From Ilumatobacteraceae bacterium (GTDB lineage Bacteria > Actinomycetota > Acidimicrobiia > Acidimicrobiales > Ilumatobacteraceae), in assembly GCA_044354345.1 (NCBI GenBank), contig JBILAG010000001.1, positions 25,496 to 89,495 of the forward strand: a DNA stretch of 64,000 bases, read 5' to 3'. How positions within the stretch are numbered: the stretch's first letter is position 1; every line of letters starts with the position of its first letter. Under the pieces are notes generated by a model. The model was not told the DNA's origin. It ran no database searches and worked only from the letters and a program-made list of their open reading frames with translations. The translations under genes were made by a program, and so were the position numbers. This document shows, piece after piece, positions 1-9,111 of the stretch.

Positions 1-1132
1 GAACCATCTCAACAAATTGTGAGTTGCCAGGATCAAAATTAATAATCTCACGCATAGTTTCAGCGCGAACCTTCTCCCAGTCGGGTTGTGAAACTGAAGT
101 CAGATAGTCCAATATTTCGGTAAAGCGTTTCTCATCAAGTTGATGCGTCCAGAATTCGCCATCGTCAGCAATTACTGCTGGCCAACCAAATTTAAGGGTT
201 TGCACATCAAGCAACTCTGCGTCAACAAGAAATGCTGCAGTTTTTTTGCCTCGAGCAAGCGACTCGTATCCAAGAGAACTGCTTGTGAAAACAACGATTT
301 CAGATTCATTTATAATCTCGTAACTACTCATTGAGGTTCGTCGTGGTTCAAGTTTCCATGAATAGTTTTGGAGCAAGTTTTGGTAGTAACGCTTCTCAGC
401 ATCAAAATTTTCGCTTTTACCGATAATCACAAATTGCCGGTTGTGCTGTTTGCAGTACTCGGCGATCAACGAGATAGTTCGCTCGCGACGTGCCGTGATT
501 GCCTGATAACTGACAGGTTTACCAGGAGCAGAATCAGGGACGATGAGATTTTTGGAAATTTCTGGACGATAAGTCGAAATGTAGGCAATTGTTTGCGATT
601 TCGAATTTACTTGCGGCGAGATATTGTTTTTAAAGCTTCCGATCGGCAAGATCTCGCCCGAAATAAATTTGCGGTAAGTACCACCGATTGCCTTGCCAAA
701 GACGAACATATGGTCGACATGGTTGTCTTTCAATTCAGAATTTTCGAGTAGAGAGCCAAATAGGTCGCCATGCTCGCTACGTATCCCATTTTGGATAAGG
801 ACCGTGCGGATATTTGGAAATTGAGTTTTGAGCCGAAAGAACGGCGGAAAGTTATCGATAAAAGTCAAGACCAATTTTGGCTTAACAATACCGATGTATC
901 TATTTGCATAGTTTTGAGCGCTCAGGTCACGGTCGAATAAACAAAGTAAGGCAACCGAAATATTGACTTCTTTTTCACGGAGATCAAGTACTACAAACTC
1001 ATGTTTTGCAAAATAGGGCTTTATAACTTCTGCCCCCGTGACAAAATAAAGCAGAACATTTGCTCGCCTTGGCGGAAGCAACTTCCAGCGTAATTTTCTC
1101 AAAGACCTCAAAAGCCTAAATATTCGTTTCAT
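1..1132 (-). CDS. Uncharacterised GT-B-like surface-carbohydrate biosynthesis protein, paralogue A1. The 3' end runs off the window and about 7 codons are missing.
   Basis: Absent from the ORF track because it is open at the window edge. Manual translation from the ATG at 1132 (MKRIFRLLRSLRKLRWK ... ETMREIINFDPGNSQFVEMV) is collinear with ORF 3369..4523. ATGA start/stop overlap with the upstream ORF. Motif VVFTSSSLGYESLARGKKT resembles the C-terminal half of GT-B/capsule-type transferases. Confidence 0.6.
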   Translation of the reverse strand, partial: MKRIFRLLRSLRKLRWKLLPPRRANVLLYFVTGAEVIKPYFAKHEFVVLDLREKEVNISVALLCLFDRDLSAQNYANRYIGIVKPKLVLTFIDNFPPFFRLKTQFPNIRTVLIQNGIRSEHGDLFGSLLENSELKDNHVDHMFVFGKAIGGTYRKFISGEILPIGSFKNNISPQVNSKSQTIAYISTYRPEISKNLIVPDSAPGKPVSYQAITARRERTISLIAEYCKQHNRQFVIIGKSENFDAEKRYYQNLLQNYSWKLEPRRTSMSSYEIINESEIVVFTSSSLGYESLARGKKTAAFLVDAELLDVQTLKFGWPAVIADDGEFWTHQLDEKRFTEILDYLTSVSQPDWEKVRAETMREIINFDPGNSQFVEMV

Positions 1133-2169
1133 TTAGACCAAGAAGTTCGAAGTTCTGCCAATGGAGTCGGCCACCGCGAGTCATAGATAGCGATCGCATC
1201 ACGAAACTCCTTAATCGCGCTCTGTGAACCCGTATCGCTGACAGTTTTAACGATTTGCTCGTAGATTTGCGATTCACTTTTGGAAGTTTCTGAATTGAAC
1301 GAAAATGATGAGGTTGACTTACCCGCTGAGATTTGGGTTCGAGGAAGAGCCTGTTGACGCAGCACTCGGCCCGTTAGTTTCGTTCGTGTCCGGCCAAGAA
1401 ATTGCTCGAGTTGGGTTAATGCTGTTTGCGTATCAAGGACCGTGTCTTCAAATGCCAAAACTAAAAAGTTTTCGCCAAGCGAAGCGTGTTTGTTGATGGC
1501 ATCAATCATCAACTTTTGAACCCGAGCTATTGAAATCAAAGCACGATCTGTCACCGATGCTTCTGCGAACTCTCCTGCCCATTCTTTGGCAAACCACGGT
1601 ATTTTTACACCCTTTAGTTTGTACGAGAGGGTAAATTCACGCGAGCGCTCAAAAGAAGCGATGTAGTCACGGACGTTATTGAAGAGATGAATCGGATGTC
1701 GTACGACTTCAATTAGTTTAAGCCTTGCGCCGTAAGTGTCGAAAAGTAAATTAGAAACTGAAATTAGCTCATGCGTTGCGACTAGTAATGCCAGGTTCTT
1801 TGAGTTGATTTCGATGGGAATACCATCGCCGCTCTTTTTGAAAAGCCGTTTCAGGTAGACGAGACTGCCTGGATTATTTCGAAAACCCGAATCATCATCC
1901 CACCGTAGGTTGATTTCGCGACTGATCAGATTGTTGTATTGCGACAAGTCGGCATAAATTTTCAAGAAAGCTGTCGCGGCATCAGTGCTCATTTTCCCTG
2001 CTGCATGTGCGATACAGACGTATTCGTAAACATGTTCAACTTTTTTCTTTTCAACACCCGACATAGAGCCAATAATCGAAGTGACGACTGATTTTCCTCC
2101 TCCCCAGAATCCATTCACAACAATGATGTCGTTGGTAAAAGAGTTTGGATGATCAAATTCAAGAGTCAA
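1129..2169 (-). CDS. Uncharacterised P-loop protein with sulfotransferase-like motif layout, paralogue B1
   Basis: 346-aa ORF. Walker-A-like GFWGGGKS near the N-terminus, EVVRHPIHLFNNV (like the sulfotransferase 3'-PB segment) and C-terminal LAFEDTV...LEQFLG. Collinear paralogue of 4520..5560. Confidence 0.5.
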   Translation of the reverse strand: MTLEFDHPNSFTNDIIVVNGFWGGGKSVVTSIIGSMSGVEKKKVEHVYEYVCIAHAAGKMSTDAATAFLKIYADLSQYNNLISREINLRWDDDSGFRNNPGSLVYLKRLFKKSGDGIPIEINSKNLALLVATHELISVSNLLFDTYGARLKLIEVVRHPIHLFNNVRDYIASFERSREFTLSYKLKGVKIPWFAKEWAGEFAEASVTDRALISIARVQKLMIDAINKHASLGENFLVLAFEDTVLDTQTALTQLEQFLGRTRTKLTGRVLRQQALPRTQISAGKSTSSFSFNSETSKSESQIYEQIVKTVSDTGSQSAIKEFRDAIAIYDSRWPTPLAELRTSWSK

Positions 2170-2190
2170 GGTTTGCTCATTTCGTGAAAT

Positions 2191-3303
2191 TTACTTGACA
2201 GTAAAAGTTGGTTTCCATCGACCACCTTGTTTTTCAAATAATGAGGTGTTGACCCAACGATCAATCACTGATTCAAACTCGGCAAGTGTCATTTTGTAAT
2301 AGTTGAGGTACGAATCTATTTGGTCTTCGGGGTAGAGCCCGTCATAGAGCTTGACGAGGTTTATTGCTTGTTCTCGGGTCATTGCACCGCGACGAATCTC
2401 GATTCCCGCGTCTTGGGTTGCTCGACCAAAACCAAACTTTAGATACATCATGTATGCATGAAGCGAGTAAAGGCCTTGATCGTTTTGTGCAAAATTCGTG
2501 AATGTTCCTGAATTTGTAGTTGGTGCTTCGATTAGTCCGCAGTGTTCTTTTGCGACAAGATAATTTCGGTAAGGGTTCCAGTTTTCGAAATATGACCAAT
2601 GCGTGATTTTCAGTTCATTTCTGCTGATGTTTGGAAACTTAAATAGTGTCAACGCGTCACTCTTAATGTTTGATTCATTTAAAATCAGATCATGTCCACC
2701 CTCTAGATAAACATCATCAATAAAAGTAAAGTCGTGAAACATTTTATTTTTTTGTTCAGATGAGCCGCCATATTCAACCTCACCCTCCTCACCATAAAAA
2801 ATCAACGGAATATTAAATTTTGTTGCCATCATTAACGGCACTGTTTCAATTGCTATAAGCCATCCAAAGTATGGGAAGCCTTTGAGGATAAAGCCTTTTT
2901 TGTTTAACTTTTGCTGTTCATTTTCGTCACAGCTGACCTGCATATGGTCGTAACCATTGGCGATAAAATTTTTTAAGTTTTGGTTGCCGAGCGATAACGA
3001 AAGCGAGGGCGTGACTGTGATCGTCAACGGATGCATTCCGTATTTGTGTCTCAGTTGATACGAAACATACGAACCGTCCTTACCACCGCTTACCGGAACA
3101 ATACAATCAAAAGATCCATCAGAAGACCGGTGCGAATCCAGAATTTGTCTTAACTCATTTTGGCGGATCGACCAATCTAAAGTTTTCTTCTCTTCTGCCC
3201 ATTGACATGCGTTACACCAACCACTCTCATTGAAAGTGATCCTTGGACGTGTTGACATATTCAAACAACTTTTGCACCAGAACACTTCAGACATACTTTT
3301 CAA
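2191..3303 (-). CDS. N-acetyl-sugar amidotransferase (PP-loop ATP pyrophosphatase, WbuX/WbpG/PseA-like), paralogue C1
   Basis: 370 aa. N-terminal CxxC...CxxC (CKSCLN...CNACQW) followed by PP-loop VPVSGGKDGS. Close paralogue of 9111..10223. Confidence 0.8.
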   Translation of the reverse strand: MKSMSEVFWCKSCLNMSTRPRITFNESGWCNACQWAEEKKTLDWSIRQNELRQILDSHRSSDGSFDCIVPVSGGKDGSYVSYQLRHKYGMHPLTITVTPSLSLSLGNQNLKNFIANGYDHMQVSCDENEQQKLNKKGFILKGFPYFGWLIAIETVPLMMATKFNIPLIFYGEEGEVEYGGSSEQKNKMFHDFTFIDDVYLEGGHDLILNESNIKSDALTLFKFPNISRNELKITHWSYFENWNPYRNYLVAKEHCGLIEAPTTNSGTFTNFAQNDQGLYSLHAYMMYLKFGFGRATQDAGIEIRRGAMTREQAINLVKLYDGLYPEDQIDSYLNYYKMTLAEFESVIDRWVNTSLFEKQGGRWKPTFTVK

Positions 3304-3368
3304 CTCTAGAGTGTTAGCAATCGGCGCGCATTGATAAACCCACTTCAGGTATAGGATTTAAAAATCAT

Positions 3369-4523
3369 TTACCAATTAGTGCGAAATAATTCAACCATCT
3401 CAACAAATTGTGAGTTGCCAGGATCAAAATTAATAATCTCGTGCATCGTTTCAGCGCGAACTTTCTCCCATTCGTCATCAGACGAAGCGAGAAGGTAGTT
3501 CAAAATTTCTTCGAATCTATTTTTGTCAAGTCGATTTGTCCAAAACTTTCCGTCATCAGCCAGCGAAACTGGCCAGCCGAACTTGATAGATGGCGAATCA
3601 ATAATTTCTGCGTCAATAAGAAATGCTGCAGTTTTCTTACCACGGGCGAGTGACTCATAACCAAGAGTGCTACTCGTAAATACCACGATCTCTGATTCGT
3701 CTACCACTGCGTAATTGATTATCGCAGTTTGTCTCTGCGCGATCGTCCACGAGAAATCTTTCAATAATTTTCCGTAGTAAGCCTTCTCACCTTCGAAGTC
3801 TTCGTCTTTGCCAATAATCACAAGGCTTAGATTATTGTTTTTGCAAAAATTAGCGAGAAAAATTACTGTCTGCTCACGGCGATCAATTATCTGGCCGTAT
3901 TGAATTGGAAAGCCCGGCAACGAATCTGGAATGACAGTTGTTCTTGCGATACCAGATCGGTATGTCGAGATATATGCGACTGTTTGGTTATTTGATTTAC
4001 TGATCGGCACCAGATTATTTTTGAAACTTCCGATTGGCACAATTTCGCCATCGGTGTATTTGGCATATGTAGCACCGATTGCCGACCCAAATACGAACAT
4101 CTTGTCAACAAAATTTTTGTGCGAACTTGAAGCTACAGAGTTGGTTTCAAAAAGATCATGCGGATCAACACGAACACCGTTTTGAATCAGGACAGTAGTG
4201 ATTTCGGGGAAGCGGTTTTTGACCTGAAAAAATGCCGGAAAGTTATCAATGAAAGTTATAACTAATTTTGGCTTGACGATCTCGATATAAATAAGTGCAT
4301 AGTTTTGAGCACTCAGGTTTCGATCGAACAAACATCGCAACGCCACCCAGAGATTAACTTCGTGCTCTCGTAGGTCCAATACTTGAAATTCATCCGGCGT
4401 GAAATACGGGGCGATTACATCTGCACCCGTAACAAAATAAAGCAGAACTGGTTTGTGGCGTGGCGGAAGTATCCTCCAGCGAAGTCTTGTCAGCGACTTT
4501 AGTAGTCGCCAGAGACGTCTCAT
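3369..4523 (-). CDS. Uncharacterised GT-B-like surface-carbohydrate biosynthesis protein, paralogue A2
   Basis: 384-aa ORF. IVVFTSSTLGYESLARGKKTAAF motif. ATGA overlap with 4520..5560. Paralogue of 1..1132. Confidence 0.6.
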   Translation of the reverse strand: MRRLWRLLKSLTRLRWRILPPRHKPVLLYFVTGADVIAPYFTPDEFQVLDLREHEVNLWVALRCLFDRNLSAQNYALIYIEIVKPKLVITFIDNFPAFFQVKNRFPEITTVLIQNGVRVDPHDLFETNSVASSSHKNFVDKMFVFGSAIGATYAKYTDGEIVPIGSFKNNLVPISKSNNQTVAYISTYRSGIARTTVIPDSLPGFPIQYGQIIDRREQTVIFLANFCKNNNLSLVIIGKDEDFEGEKAYYGKLLKDFSWTIAQRQTAIINYAVVDESEIVVFTSSTLGYESLARGKKTAAFLIDAEIIDSPSIKFGWPVSLADDGKFWTNRLDKNRFEEILNYLLASSDDEWEKVRAETMHEIINFDPGNSQFVEMVELFRTNW

Positions 4524-5560
4524 TTAGACCAAAGATACTCAAGCTCATTGAGAGGGCTTGCCCATCGAGCATTATAGTTCTGAATCGTTTCGCGAAATTC
4601 GTTAATTGCTTTTTCGCTTGCAAGACTCTCAATAGATTTAATAATTTGTAAATAGATTTCTTCTTCCGAAGATGAGCCCTTAGAGACAAACGAAAATGAT
4701 GAAGTTGATTTCCCTGCAGAGATTTGTGCGCGGGGCAGTGACTGTTGTTTAAGCACACGCTTAGTTCGTTTGGTGCTCGCTCGTTCAAGAAACTTTTCAA
4801 TTTTGTCAATTGTGCTGTTTGGGTCTGTAACTGCTTGTTCAAAAGCAAGCACCAGCAGCGGTTTATTAGATTTGGCTAGCGAATCAATTAGTTCAATCAC
4901 AGATTTCTGAATTCGTGAAATTGAGAGAAGAGCACGGTCGGCAATTGATGAATCGACGAACTCGTCTGCCCATGCTGCGGCGAACCATGGAATTTTTTCT
5001 CCCTTATAGTCAAATGAGAGAGTAAATTCACGAGCTCGTTCAAAATTTGCGATGTAGCCACTGACATTATTGAATAAATGAACCGGATGCCGAACCACTT
5101 CAATCAACTTCATTCGAGACCCGTAAGCCTCAAAAAGTAGATTTGAAACCGAGAATAATCCGTGCGACGCAATGAGCAATGCGAGATTTTTTGAATTTAT
5201 TAATTCAATTACAGAGTCGCCGCCCTTATGAAAAAGGCGCCTGAAGTAAGAAAGACTGCCAGGGTTGTTTCGAAGTCCAGTGTCGTCAGACCAGCGAAGG
5301 TTTACCTCACGACCAATGAGGTTGTTGTACTGAGTAGTATCCGCATAAATTTTTAAAAAAGTTTTGGCTGCGTCATCACTCATCTTGCCGACCGAATGCG
5401 TGATACATACGTATTCGTAAATTCCGTCGACTTTCTTTTTCTCAACTCCAGTTAACGAACCAACTATTGATGTGACAACCGATTTGCCACCGCCCCAAAA
5501 TCCGTCAACAATTATCACGTCATTTGTAAATGAGTTGTAATGTTTTAGTTCAAGATTCAT
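4520..5560 (-). CDS. Uncharacterised P-loop protein with sulfotransferase-like motif layout, paralogue B2
   Basis: 346 aa. GFWGGGKS, EVVRHPVHLFNNV and LAFEQAV...IEKFLE motifs. Same length as B1. 4-nt overlaps at both ends. Confidence 0.5.
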   Translation of the reverse strand: MNLELKHYNSFTNDVIIVDGFWGGGKSVVTSIVGSLTGVEKKKVDGIYEYVCITHSVGKMSDDAAKTFLKIYADTTQYNNLIGREVNLRWSDDTGLRNNPGSLSYFRRLFHKGGDSVIELINSKNLALLIASHGLFSVSNLLFEAYGSRMKLIEVVRHPVHLFNNVSGYIANFERAREFTLSFDYKGEKIPWFAAAWADEFVDSSIADRALLSISRIQKSVIELIDSLAKSNKPLLVLAFEQAVTDPNSTIDKIEKFLERASTKRTKRVLKQQSLPRAQISAGKSTSSFSFVSKGSSSEEEIYLQIIKSIESLASEKAINEFRETIQNYNARWASPLNELEYLWSK

Positions 5561-6384
5561 TGACTAATCTTTTCATCTGTTGACCGTTTTCGCGTGGCAA
5601 TATTGTTCGAGACACAAAACGCCCTTATCTCATTAAAGTTAAACTTTTTATAGTGAAGAGAATCAGCAATAGCAACACCTGTTGGTTTGCTGACTTGCAT
5701 CAACTCTTTTAGGTGGTCCAATTTGCCGAACCCACCGCTTGCGACCACAGGTATATCAACTAATTTCGTTACGGCACTTACTAATTGACAATCGAAACCG
5801 TTTTTTGTGCCCTCTTGATCAACAGAAGTCAAAAATATCTCTCCGGCACCTAACTGTGCTCCTTGTTCTGCCCACTGCACAACATCAAGGCCAGTTCGCT
5901 CACGCCCGTTATCTGTGTAAGCCTCCCACTTGCCTGGTGCAGTTTGCTTTGCTTCGATTGACAAAACAATTGTCGAAGAGCCCCAGACTTCAGAAATTTT
6001 TGTGATCAAACTGGGATCTTTAACCGCAGCCGTATTGATCGCAACTTTGTCGGCGCCTGCACGAAGCAATGCTCGAGCATCTTCAACTGATCTGATTCCG
6101 CCACCAACAGTCATTGGCACAAAAACATGTTCGGTTGCACGGGTCACGACGTCCAACAAGTTATTTCGTCCATACAGACTGGCAACAGTATCCATATAGA
6201 TAATTTCGTCTGCGCCATCGTTGTAATACTTTTCGGCATGCACTTGTGGATCGCCGACAACCCGCAATCCCTCAAGGTGAATTCCCTTAATTAAATTTGC
6301 GCCCTTGATATCAAGTCGGGCGATTAATCTAAGTATTTGTCGAGGAGTAACTGAAATTACTTTACTTGGTAACGAAGAGACCAC
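5557..6384 (-). CDS. HisF-like imidazole-glycerol-phosphate-synthase cyclase-subunit homologue (glycan-cluster type)
   Basis: 275 aa. ARLDIKG..., TVGGGIRSVEDA, ADKVAINTAAV and VVASGGFG are typical HisF (beta/alpha)8 phosphate-binding motifs. Confidence 0.8.
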   Translation of the reverse strand: MVSSLPSKVISVTPRQILRLIARLDIKGANLIKGIHLEGLRVVGDPQVHAEKYYNDGADEIIYMDTVASLYGRNNLLDVVTRATEHVFVPMTVGGGIRSVEDARALLRAGADKVAINTAAVKDPSLITKISEVWGSSTIVLSIEAKQTAPGKWEAYTDNGRERTGLDVVQWAEQGAQLGAGEIFLTSVDQEGTKNGFDCQLVSAVTKLVDIPVVASGGFGKLDHLKELMQVSKPTGVAIADSLHYKKFNFNEIRAFCVSNNIATRKRSTDEKISQ

Positions 6385-7664
6385 TGCCCTTTATTGTACG
6401 ACCATAAATGTGGTGAGCGAAACGAGTCAGCGAGGTTGTTGAAATAATTGAGATCCATGATCGGTTGCTCAAACATTTTTGAAGCTTGAGGGAATTCTTT
6501 CTCGGGAATACTTAAGTAGGTAAGTATTTCATCTGAAAAACGTGTCGGATATTCGCCATCAAATCTTTGTACGAGCGCAACTCCTTCTTCGCGATTTATG
6601 TCTCCAGAGCGAATCTCCTGGGCAGCATCATAAGTTGCACGACCGATTCCGTATTTAATAAAAGTCGTGTAGTAGTGAAAGTCATCAATGCGATCATCAA
6701 TTGAGTTGTACTTGCTGTAAGTTCCGGGTGTGCGCTCGGGCGACGCTTCGAAACCGCCGTGCTCGACCGAGTAGTAATAGCAACTTTGCGGATGCCACTT
6801 GACGTAATAACCGAGGTAGTGAACTTCGATTCCAAGTTTTTCTAGACCTGCTGGGTTCGCAGGTAGATAAGGATCAAGATCAACATCTTCTAATCCAAAA
6901 TCAGTTGTGAGATCTTTGATTGAAGTGCCACCGAGATGAATCGACGACTTCTCTGGGGCAGAAAAATATTTCCATGATCTCTTGGCAGAGTCGGCATCAC
7001 CGATTGGGTTTCCATATTCTGCTTCGTTCTCTCCATAAAAAACCAAAGGTATTTGATGCAACACAGCCATTTTCGGCGCCAGTGATTTTTGTCCAAGAAT
7101 AAACGCTTGAAATGGATGAAAGAGATTTTCTACGGCAAGTCTTGTTAAGAGTCGGTGTACGCGACCATTCGGCGTGCAAAGGTAATTATCGAAACCTGCA
7201 TGAATCCATCGCTGAAAGTTTCGCCAACCCCATTCGGTATAAACATGTGGCGCCCATGTCACGGTCAGTGGATGCATTCCGTATTCATATTTCAGCATGT
7301 GGGCTGCGACAAAACTATCTTTACCACCTGAACCTGGAACCAGACAATCGTATGATCCGTCACTGCTGCGGTGCTTGTCACAGAGTTCGCGAAGTTCAGC
7401 ATCTCTTGCATCCCAGTCAATCAGAGATTTTTTCTCAGCGACACGACAAGCATCGCAAATATTTTCATCGTCAATATGAATTGCCTGTTTTACTGAGCCA
7501 GAAGTATGTTGAAATTCAATCGCTGAGATTGGTTTTTGATTTGATGTCACGCATCGTTGACAAAAACTAACTGTGTCGGGTAGACCGTATTTTGCAATAA
7601 GCGATGTTCTAGATGGCTCAAAATTTTTAAGATCTATAGTTCTTGATTTTGGAAACAAACTCAC
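6357..7664 (-). CDS. N-acetyl-sugar amidotransferase, long divergent paralogue (C2)
   Basis: 435 aa. CQRC...CDAC zinc-ribbon-like pairs and canonical PP-loop PGSGGKDS. Conserved C-terminal GIGRATYDAAQEIRSG block shared with C1/C3. Confidence 0.75.
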   Translation of the reverse strand: MSLFPKSRTIDLKNFEPSRTSLIAKYGLPDTVSFCQRCVTSNQKPISAIEFQHTSGSVKQAIHIDDENICDACRVAEKKSLIDWDARDAELRELCDKHRSSDGSYDCLVPGSGGKDSFVAAHMLKYEYGMHPLTVTWAPHVYTEWGWRNFQRWIHAGFDNYLCTPNGRVHRLLTRLAVENLFHPFQAFILGQKSLAPKMAVLHQIPLVFYGENEAEYGNPIGDADSAKRSWKYFSAPEKSSIHLGGTSIKDLTTDFGLEDVDLDPYLPANPAGLEKLGIEVHYLGYYVKWHPQSCYYYSVEHGGFEASPERTPGTYSKYNSIDDRIDDFHYYTTFIKYGIGRATYDAAQEIRSGDINREEGVALVQRFDGEYPTRFSDEILTYLSIPEKEFPQASKMFEQPIMDLNYFNNLADSFRSPHLWSYNKGQWSLRYQVK

Positions 7665-7704
7665 GTCGTCATTGTAGTTTCGTTTTAATTGTTTGATTAA
7701 GTTC

Positions 7705-8481
7705 TTAATTCAAATCGAAGATTGGCAGGTCGATGCCGAGGTTAACAAGTTGTGAGCGTGCTGAAGCAAGTCCATCACCCATGAAGTTGAGCAGGTTCGC
7801 CGTTGCCACAGCATCAACGCGAGCATCTTTCAACCCTTCGGCTAGGTGCGAGTAATTACCAACGCCGCCACTAATAATCACCGGGATCTCAAATAGTTCG
7901 GGAAGACAATCAAGTAATTCAATCTGAAAACCGTTTCCTGTGCCGTCGCGATCAATTGAGTTGATACAAATTTCTCCGATTGCCAGATCAGAACATTGTT
8001 CTAAAAACTTTGTAAGAGTTAGATCAGTCATATTTGACCCGTTGTTGATCGCAATGTAGAACTTGCCTTTGATTTGTTTACAGTCAACTGACGCGATAAT
8101 GCATTGACGACCGAATTCTTGAGCCAGTTCTGAAATAAGTTGCTTGTTGCCATGCAGTGCGCTGTTCACGACTATTTTATCTGCGCCCGAGCGAAGTAAT
8201 TTTGTAGCGTCTACAACTGAGTTGATTCCGCCCCCTGCAGCAATTGGCGCAAAGCAATCATTAGTCAGAGTTTTCAGAACCTCAGAGAATTCATCACGAT
8301 TTCGCTCGTTACGGCTCACATCCAGAACAATTAGTTCATCAATCGAGAAACCAACATTTGAAAAGCCATAATTTTTTTCAAGCCAATTAATATCGCCCAC
8401 TTTTTGAAGTCTGAAATTTCGAGAGAGCATGAACGATCCACTGTCATAAAGGAGTGTGAAGATGAGTCTTTTCTTGGCCAT
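7705..8481 (-). CDS. HisF-like cyclase-subunit homologue (WbuZ-like)
   Basis: 258 aa. RLIFTLLYD..., AAGGGINSV, ADKIVVNSA and IISGGVG motifs. Confidence 0.75.
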   Translation of the reverse strand: MAKKRLIFTLLYDSGSFMLSRNFRLQKVGDINWLEKNYGFSNVGFSIDELIVLDVSRNERNRDEFSEVLKTLTNDCFAPIAAGGGINSVVDATKLLRSGADKIVVNSALHGNKQLISELAQEFGRQCIIASVDCKQIKGKFYIAINNGSNMTDLTLTKFLEQCSDLAIGEICINSIDRDGTGNGFQIELLDCLPELFEIPVIISGGVGNYSHLAEGLKDARVDAVATANLLNFMGDGLASARSQLVNLGIDLPIFDLN

Positions 8482-8484
8482 GAT

Positions 8485-9111
8485 TTATCTTTCGAGAAAA
8501 TTCTTCAAAAGATTAAGCCCCATTGACTGACTCTTCTCTGGGTGAAACTGCGTACCCGATACCTGTCCTTGCTCGAAAGCTGCAACAAACTCGGTGCCAT
8601 GATGGCACTTGGCTACGCCCTCAATCGTTGGAGTTAGCTCCATGAAATATGAATGGACAAAATAAAAGCACGACTCGCTAGGAATGCCACTAAAAAGTTT
8701 TATTTTTGAGTCATGTTTAACTTCACTGAACCCAACATGTGGAATTTTTAATCTCGTATCTGCAGAGTTGGTAAATTTTCGCACTGTATTTGGTATCAGT
8801 CCGAGTCCTTGAGTATCGCCGTCTTCTGAGCTCGCAGAACCAAGCAGTTGCATACCCAGGCAAATTCCGAGAAGTTTGGTTTCAGGTTGAGATAGTGATT
8901 GAAGAATCGCCTTGTCAATTGAGTTCTGTTTAATTACTTGCATTGCTCGCCGAAATGATCCGACTCCAGGAAGTATTAAAAATTTGGCCGACGAAATTTC
9001 TTTCGTGTTTGATGTGATTAAGGCTTCAGAACCCAGAAAGCGAATTGCACTGGCTACAGACCAAAGATTGCCCATGCCGTAATCAACGACTACAACCTGT
9101 TTTTTACTCAC
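8485..9111 (-). CDS. HisH-like class-I glutamine amidotransferase (WbuY-like)
   Basis: 208 aa. VVVVDYGMGNLWS, catalytic-Cys context GICLGMQLL and QFHPEKS. GTG start overlaps the upstream TAG by 1 nt. Confidence 0.85.
   Translation of the reverse strand: MSKKQVVVVDYGMGNLWSVASAIRFLGSEALITSNTKEISSAKFLILPGVGSFRRAMQVIKQNSIDKAILQSLSQPETKLLGICLGMQLLGSASSEDGDTQGLGLIPNTVRKFTNSADTRLKIPHVGFSEVKHDSKIKLFSGIPSESCFYFVHSYFMELTPTIEGVAKCHHGTEFVAAFEQGQVSGTQFHPEKSQSMGLNLLKNFLER

Noticed and set aside
140-751. Plus-strand ORFs of 64 aa (140..334) and 127 aa (368..751)
   Set aside because: They lie antisense to the well-supported minus-strand A1 paralogue, have odd composition, and one uses a TTG start. They are shadow ORFs.
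4390-4848. 152-aa minus-strand ORF spanning the A2/B2 junction in another frame
   Set aside because: It overlaps two ORFs that have paralogue support and an ATGA junction, and it has no independent support.
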